Shown: piece after piece, positions 56,226 through 64,000 of the stretch
Layout: each line of letters begins with the position of its first letter
How positions within the stretch are numbered: position 1 is the stretch's first letter
Source: Cetorhinus maximus
Lineage: Eukaryota
Direction: 5' to 3'
Assembly (NCBI RefSeq): GCF_964194155.1
Contig: NC_135916.1
Coordinates: 1,426,001 to 1,490,000, forward strand
Length of the DNA: 64,000 bases
Program-made: the position numbers and the translations under genes
Notes under the pieces: model-generated
Databases searched by the model: none
What the model saw: only the letters and a program-made list of their open reading frames with translations
What the model was told of the DNA's origin: nothing

Positions 56226-58251
56226 AACTAACTCCGAACAAACCAGGTCACCTGGTCCTTCCCCAAGTCAATTTCCTCAGGCTTGAGCATAGGAATTGCA
56301 ATGTGGGAAAAGGCAGAGACGTTACGAGCGGGAGGGCCATCCCTGTATTAAATCCAAACTGGGCGTCTTTGCTGATCATTCCAGGATTCCGCAAATTAAT
56401 CCTCATGTCGAATAGGTGTGTTTGCTGTTATAGCTCAGAACTTAATATCAGATCGTAAAAGTCTCAAGTTAATATAATCAGATTGAAAATGTCAGTCACT
56501 GACTGTCGTATTCAACAATTTTAGTCGAAGTTTTCCCGAGAGTTCCAGAGTTTATAGAATGTTACATTTCATTATTATTGCCTCAACATCTGTCACTTTC
56601 CTGGACTGTGGGACAGAAATGTCTCTGCCTCTCGTCCAATGTTAGTGAGAGATGAGACCAGGCATCTCTCACCGCTGGTGGGATCTATAAGTGCCGGTCT
56701 TATTGATCAGCTCCAGAATATTGGGTGCTCCAATAAGGATAACTCTCATTCTTCTAAGATCCAATGATTATAAATTCAACGTGTTCAAGATTTCCTAACC
56801 AGTCAACAAGATAATCGCAGGAAGCTGCTCATGAACATTCCCTGAACTGTACCAAGGGATCGATATTATCCTTTTGTTCTAGCGGATGTTTGAGACACAA
56901 TTATGAATTGTGATATGTATATATTCTGTTGAAATAGTGACAGTGTGTCTTGTTTTCCCTCGATGATGGGTATGAGGGTCACTCATTGTTATATTGTCAC
57001 ACGGTAGAGAAATAGAGGCTAATTGCTCTCTCTCTCTCTCTCTCTCCCACACACTCACACACACTTACACACAGAATCACACACACACACTTGAACCCGC
57101 TCTTTGTCCCCCAACCCTCGAATTCTGTTGATGTGCATGTTACTAATGTTGTTGATAGGACAATGTCAACTAACACTCACACTCCATCCATGTGATGTGT
57201 AGGACTGTCACTGTTCATTCTCCTCTCAGAAATTCAGGTCTGATATTTCATCAGATTATCGCTAGTCAAAAATCGAAATGTGCTCTGAGAAAATCTGTCA
57301 CTGTCAGTAACGTGACGAGGCAGAACGTGCCTCCATTCATAACTGGACGTTGAGATTGGGGTTAAATGCAATTGGTGAAATTGTGGCTTCTCAGTTCAGG
57401 AGGACCAACGTTAAAAGGGAAATCTAGAGCGACTGGGAGCAGATAATTTGTATTGTCACCAGAAATAAACATCTTGATGTGAGCTATTCAGACAATTACC
57501 TGAAATCATATATAATTGGCTCTACCCCAGATTCTGCAAATCAGACTCTCTGCGGGTCCAATGCCTCAGAGAGTTTAATGTTTGCTGAATTCACAATAGA
57601 CAGCAAATAAATAGAAACCGGAGCAAAGATCGAAAAGAGAAGGAAATCTCTACCGAGACATTCACAATTGTTCATCTTGTTACCAATGAACCTCTAAATG
57701 TGAACATTGTGTAAGAGAGTGTTTGAAGTGGGCGGGCGAGTCAGAGGAATGAAACTGTGTTTGTGTGTCCGTTCTGATCAGGACATTTCCGAGTGCCGCT
57801 TAGGTAAAATAAAAATATTTTCCAAAGAAATACACCCCCTGCTCCCCAGCTTGACGCCAAAGTGAGATTTCAAGACAACTTATTTGTTGTTTTCTAGATT
57901 TCAGTCTAAAAGTAGAGGAGATGTCAGTGATGGGGTGAAGGAGCCGCAGTTAATAGGATTTAAATCGAAATTGGAGTCTTCAATTCGAGTGAAATATTTT
58001 CGACAGCGAACATTACAATGTCAGAGATAAGAAGGATTTAGTCTGGGACACTGCAGAGCCGGAATTTCAATGGAATTGGGAAGTTTGTGAGTAGAGAAAA
58101 GCACAGAGAGGCAGCAGCAGCCTGGAGCTGACAGCAGCCTGTCTCCGCCCCGTCCGCTCGCTGCCTTTAAGTTGCTCAGTGCCGCCACCAGCGGCTTCAT
58201 TTCAGAGGCCGTTCACATTGACAGAGACACTTTTGTGCAGAGTCCCGGAAC

Positions 58252-58908
58252 ATGACCGATACTGCAGCCGCCGAAACGGCTCCTCCAGCCGCTCCCGCCG
58301 CCCAGGTCAAGACTCCCAAGAAGAAGAAGAAGGCGGCTCCCCGGAGCAGTGCAGCCGGTCCCAAGCTGGGCGAGCAGATCCTCAAGGTTGTGGCGGATTG
58401 CAGCGATCGCAAGGGGATGTCGCTGCCCGCGATCAAGAAGGCGCTGCGCGGCAAAGGGCTGGATGTGGAGAAACTGGGCTCCCAGATCAAGCAAAGCATC
58501 AAGAGGAATGTGAAGAATGGCTTCCTGGTTCAGGTCAAGGGCACGGGCGCCTCGGGCTCCTTCAAAGTCCCTAAGAACACAACCCCAGGGAAAGTGGGAA
58601 AGAAGGCGAAGGCAGCAGCTGGCAAGAAATCTCCAGTGAAGAAAGCGGCAGCCAAGAAGGTGACAGCAAAGAAAGCAGCGGCCAAGAAGACTCCAGTCAA
58701 GAAAGCAACGGCCAAGAAGACTCCAGTCAAGAAAGCAGCGGCCAAGAAATCCCCAGCGAAGAAAGCAGCGGCCAAGAAAACAGCCAAGAAGGCGGCAACT
58801 CCAAAAAAGCCGGTGAAAAAAGCAGCTCCCAAGAAAAAGTCTCCGGCCAAGAAGGTGACGGGCGTCAAAAAAGTGGCGATAGGGAGGGCCAAGCCCAAAA
58901 CGAGATAA
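58252..58908 (+). CDS. H1: Histone H1, 218 aa, copy 3
   Basis: Same globular domain, canonical stem-loop 58966-58981. Confidence 0.97.
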   Translation: MTDTAAAETAPPAAPAAQVKTPKKKKKAAPRSSAAGPKLGEQILKVVADCSDRKGMSLPAIKKALRGKGLDVEKLGSQIKQSIKRNVKNGFLVQVKGTGASGSFKVPKNTTPGKVGKKAKAAAGKKSPVKKAAAKKVTAKKAAAKKTPVKKATAKKTPVKKAAAKKSPAKKAAAKKTAKKAATPKKPVKKAAPKKKSPAKKVTGVKKVAIGRAKPKTR

Positions 58909-59792
58909 GCAAAGACAGAAAAGAAGGGAAAGATCCCGAGCAAATTGTAAACCTCTAAACCCAAAGGCTCTTTTCAGAGCCACCCACATTTCACATGAAA
59001 GAGCTGATCCCCTGATCATTTGATCCCTGTCTCCGCGCCGTGAGCTGATTTCAGGTGGAAATGTTTTATTTTCCTGTAAATCCAGTATTCCCGCTGAATC
59101 ACTGAAATGCGCTTCAGCCGCACTTCCACTCCCTCCCCCAACTCCGACTCTCATTCCTGCAATAACACACATCGATATCCTTTCCGATTAGTATCCGGGG
59201 TGTGTCCGAGAGCAGTTAATGTTTATCTTCCTTTCTTTATTCAAATATTCAGGGTGGGAGTCTGCAATAGAGAAACCAGGTGTAAAGGAAACTCCTCACA
59301 GCTGACACCCAAACCCATTATTTTCTCTCATTCGGTTGGGAGATGTTGGCAAAATTCCCAATCACCCTGGGAGGGGAGTTGTGGGTGGGGATGGAATTGG
59401 AGCTGGAGTTGAAATCGAAGCAGAATTTGACTCGGATAGAAAGTTCAGTATTGAGGCGGAAATGATACGGACAAGACGATGTTTAATAGATTCGAGTTGC
59501 TAATTAGCTGCTTCATGATATTCAGGTGTGTAAGTTCTGTTCAAAAGACTCTGTTCACTTCCCTTTAGAATTTGACAAATACAATTCTGTTTCTGGCAGG
59601 CAGGAGGAGGAGCTGGTTTACCAAAGACGTTAGTTGTGTCTGTCACTCAGTCTCTCCCGCCCCGCCTCTCTCTCACACACACACACTCTCTCTCTCTCTC
59701 TCTCTCTCTCCCTTCCTCAATCAGGTCGGGGCGGGCTGTATAAAAGCGGAACGTGAAGCAGCTCCCCTCTCATTCAGCAGCGATTTGACTGA

Positions 59793-60113
<321 letters not shown>

Positions 60114-61686
60114 ACAAATCGACCCGACTCTATAACAAAACCCAAAGGCTCTTCTAAGAGCCGCCCACAACCTCACATTGAGAGCAGTGACTTCTGAAGG
60201 GGGAGAGGGGAAAATAAATCTTTGTATTTTTTTATTAAGAGGCACTGCTTTGCCACCATTACATCCTCTTCACACAATACCATCGTGAGTCCCAAAAATG
60301 CCTTGGTTTTATTTAGGTCAGTTTTCACGAATTCGCGTTCTATCCATCCGAGGACCACGGCTTTACCCAATGTAATGTCGAATTTCACCAGGAGTAACTG
60401 TTCTGAAACCTTGCATTCCCCCTTCGTCCATCTAATTTTATTTTTATTTTTCCATCGGTTTCTATTCCTGGGTCTTTGACGCATGACAGGACCTGGGAGG
60501 TACCAGCTTTATTTGGATCAGCCTGTATCGATGCAGCACGTTGTCTGAACAGAGCTTTATTCTGGCCTGTCGCTGAACAATCAGATAAAGATTCCGAATT
60601 CAAGACGGGTTATAATGCAGACATTGACTGGCTCTTGCTGCCGATTATATTCAGATCAGATTTTACAGCAGGCATGAATCAGACCAATATCGATTTACAG
60701 ACTTGAAAAATAAAAATACCCTTAATCACCTCTATTCTGCAACACGGGCCGAACAGAAGGTTTGAACAGATAGCTGTTTGATGGCCGCCCAGGACACGAT
60801 GGACTGTTTCTATGTTGTACAACTTTATTTCTCTATCAGAAGGGAAAACTCTGCTTTTGGCGCTCGGTTTGGACTATACTAAACATGCATTTCGGAATAA
60901 TTGTGGAAGAGAGTTTGAATGAAAGTGGGGTATTGGGTAAATCCATTAAATTGAGGTCCGCCGTAGCAAGGGCACATGGTTGTGATGTACAGTCAAAGAC
61001 AAAATGTTGTTCAAACCCAACACATAATGAAGCCGGAATGAGAGAGGGATGCAGTTTCCGCCAGTTCATTTTACCTATTACAATAATTAGAACATAATCG
61101 TTCATCAATGTAAATTTCGACAGATACACGGTTTAAATAAACGGTCTGCAAGCCCCCCTCCCCCATAAAGAACCCACCGCGCACCTATTCACCAGCAGAA
61201 ACAGGAACCACACCATTTTCTCTTTGACATCTATAGCGCGTTGACATGAATAAACCGAGTCAGTTGATGAGGTTTATGTGTGAGGGCCAAAATTTCCCCC
61301 ATCAATAGGAGTTTTATTCCAGCCTGTTGCAAACCGATCAGTGAATGAATGAGAATTTAATCCACGTTCCAAACCAGGAAGTCGGAGCTGGGACCGAAAT
61401 GGGGCTCCCAAACATCGAGATATTATGATATTTCTACTTTGAGATTTATTTTATCTGCCTTCAAACTAGGTTTATTTTAATGTCAGTTACTCGTCCCTCT
61501 GAAATTGGCGGGCATTTTGAAATTGATGAACTGTCAGTTTCTGCTCCACCAATCAGGGCCCAGAAATCCATGCAGCCCGCTGCTCTTTTCAAATTTCTCG
61601 GCGGGATTCCTTCTTATAAATCCTTCTTATCTCTAACACTGTAATGTTTGCCTTCGAAAATATTTCACGCGAATTGCAGACTCCCA

Positions 61687-63221
61687 CAACTCTTTCTCCG
61701 GTACATCGATGATTACTTCGGTGCTGCTTCATGCTCTCGTCGGGACCTGGAAAAATTTATTAATTTTACTTCCAATCTCCACCCCTCCATCATTTTCACG
61801 TGGTCCATTTCTGACACTTCCCTTCCCTTCCTTGACCTCTCTGTCTCAATTTCTGATGATAGACTGTCCACCAATATCCATTACAAGCCTACCGACTCCC
61901 ACAGCTACCTCGACTACAGCTCCTCACACCCCGCTTCCTGTAAGGACTCCATCCCATTCTCTCAGTTCCTTCGCCTCCGTCGCATCTGTTCTGATGATGC
62001 TACCTTCAAAAACAGTTCCTCTGACATGTCCTCCTTCTTCCTTAACCGAGATTTTCCACCCACGGTCGTTGACAGGGCCCTCAACCGTGTCCGGCCGATC
62101 TCCCGCGCATCCGCCCTCACGCCTTCTCCTCCCTCCCAGAAACATGATAGGGTCCCCCTTGTCCTCACTTATCACCCCACCAGCCTCCGCATTCAAAGGA
62201 TCATCCTCCGCCATTTCCGCCAACTCCAGCATGATGCCACCACCAAACACATCTTCCCTTCACCCCCCTTGACGGCATTCCGTAGGGATCGTTCCCTCCG
62301 GGACACCCTGGTCCACTCCTCCATCACCCCCTACTCCTCAACCCCCACTTATGGCACCTCCCCATGCCCACGCAGAAGATGCAACACCTGCCCCTTCACT
62401 TCCTCTCTCCTCACCGTCCAAGGGCCCAAACACTCCTTTCAAGTGAAGCAGCATTTCACCTGCATTTCCCCTAACTTAGTCTACTGCATTCGTTGCTCCC
62501 AATGCGGTCTCCTCTACATTGGAGAGACCAAACGCAAACTGGCGACCGTTTTGCGGAACACCTGCGGTCTGTCCGCAAGAAAGACCCAAACCTCCCTGTC
62601 GCTTGCCATTTTAACACTCCACCCTGTTCTCTTGCCCACATGTCTGTCCTTGGCTTGCTGCATTGTTCCAGTGAAGCCCAACGCAAACTGGAGGAACAGC
62701 ACCTCATCTTCCGACTAGGCACTTTACAGCCTTCTGGGCAGAATATTGAATTCAACAACTTTAGATCTTAAACCTCCCTCCCCCCATCCCCACCCCGTTT
62801 CTTTTCCCCCCCCCCACCCGCCTTTTTTTCAATAATTTATATAGATTCATCTTTCCCCACCTATTTCCATTATTTTTAAATCTAAAACTAAAACCTTTAG
62901 TCTTTCCACCCCACCCCCACTAGAGCTGTACTTTGAATATCCTGTCTTGCATTCTTAATTAGCACTTTTCTCAGACAAAGACCACCACCTTCAACACCTC
63001 TTTGATCCTTTTGTCTGTGACATCTTTTGATTATCTGCTCACACCACACCCTCAATGTGTCTCTTCCCCCCCACCCACCTTAAACCAATTTATATTTCTC
63101 CCTTGTTGAAACTATGCTTCAGTTCTGCTGAAGGGCCATGAGGGCTCGAAACGTTGACTGATTTCTTCTCCGCCGATGCTGCCAGACTTGCTGAGTTTAT
63201 CCAGGTAATTCTGTTTTTATT
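61687..63221 (+). mobile_element. 5'-truncated Penelope-like element (Neptune-type): RT C-terminus, GIY-YIG endonuclease, pLTR
   Basis: FLRYIDD and LPFLDL RT motifs; Cys linker CPRRRCNTC; NLVYCIRC..CGLLYIGET..RF.EH GIY-YIG; frameshift near 62540, stop 62771; 13-bp TSD TTGCAGACTCCCA at 61674-61686 and 63222-63234. Confidence 0.92.
63119..63161 (+). ncRNA. Minimal type I hammerhead ribozyme motif in PLE pLTR (A6C core variant)
   Basis: Stem I TCAGTT/GACTGA, core CTGCTGA, stem II GGGCC/GGCTC, GAAA, palindromic minimal stem III (AACGTT), predicted cleavage after GUU. Confidence 0.75.
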
Positions 63222-63647
63222 TTGCAGACTCCCATTTCGATTTAAACCTGATTTACAGCGGCTCCTTCACCCGATCGCTGACATGACCTCTACTTTTAGA
63301 CCGAAATCTAGAAAACAACAAAGAAATTGTCTTGAAATCTCACTTTGGGGTTAAGCTGGGGAGCAGGGGGTGTATTCCTTTGGAAAATATTTTCATTTTA
63401 CCCAAGCGGGGCTCGGAAATTTCCTGATCAGAACGGACACACAAACACAGTTTCATTCCTCTGACTCGCCCGCCCACTTCAAACACTCTCTTACTCCATG
63501 TTCACATTTAAAGGTTCATTGGCAACAAGATGAACAATTGTGAATGTCTCGGTAGAGATTTCCTTCTCTTTTCGAACTTTGCTCCGGTTTCTATTTATTT
63601 GCTGTCGATTGTGAATTCAGCTAACTTTAAACACTCTGAGGCATTGG

Positions 63648-64000
63648 AAGAAGGGAAAGATCCCGAGCAAATTGTAAACCTCTAAACCCAAAGGTTCTTC
63701 TCAGAGCCACCCACATTTCACATGAAAGAATTGATGCCCTGATTATTTGATCCGTGTCTCGGAGCTGGGAGCTGATTTCAGATGGAAATGTTTCGTTTTC
63801 CTCCCACGTAAATCCTATTTTCCCGCTGACTCACTGACACACTCTCCACCCGTCCCCTCCCGCACTGTGCAATAAAACACAGGGATATCCGTACAGCTCC
63901 CTAACCGGGATGTGTCCCAGTGCATTCAAAGTTTATCATTTCTTTATTCACATTTTCAGGGTGAGAGTCTGCAATGGAGTAAAACCCCGCCTCACAACTA
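63648..64000 (+). pseudogene. Orphan H1 3' UTR, stem-loop and downstream flank without CDS
   Basis: Matches 58920-59040 and 42435-42765; stem-loop GGTTCT-TCTC-AGAGCC 63693-63708; HDE mutated. Confidence 0.8.

Noticed and set aside
61674-63234. Histone-promoter targeting by the Penelope element
   Set aside because: The same family inserted at 7438 in unrelated spacer with a different TSD

Overview
This is eukaryotic (vertebrate) genomic DNA. The repeat content (CR1 LINEs, tRNA-derived SINEs, Neptune-type Penelope elements) suggests a cartilaginous fish, which is an inference. The window is a replication-dependent histone gene cluster built from diverged, rearranged repeats of a unit: T/G-rich spacer, divergent CpG promoter, H1(+), H4(+), H3(+), H2A(-). 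It holds 3 H1, 4 H4, 2 H3.2, 1 intact H2A and 1 disrupted H2A, and no H2B. Main observations: (1) a young 5'-truncated Tx1-clade retrotransposon sits exactly inside the ATG of the second H2A; (2) Penelope-like elements carry minimal type I hammerhead ribozymes with a non-canonical A6C core, one as a near-perfect 200-bp hairpin element with a 15-bp TSD; (3) a solo H4 cassette has circularly permuted flanks, as expected from re-integration of a circular DNA; (4) an ancient ~40-41-bp tandem repeat underlies the spacers, which lie downstream of a conserved NRF1-type promoter and first exon; (5) H1 copies differ in C-terminal repeat number, stem-loop and H1 box; (6) the H2A carries K15R. All comparisons were made by eye and element boundaries are approximate unless junction sequences are quoted. 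An assembly gap lies at 26471-26688.
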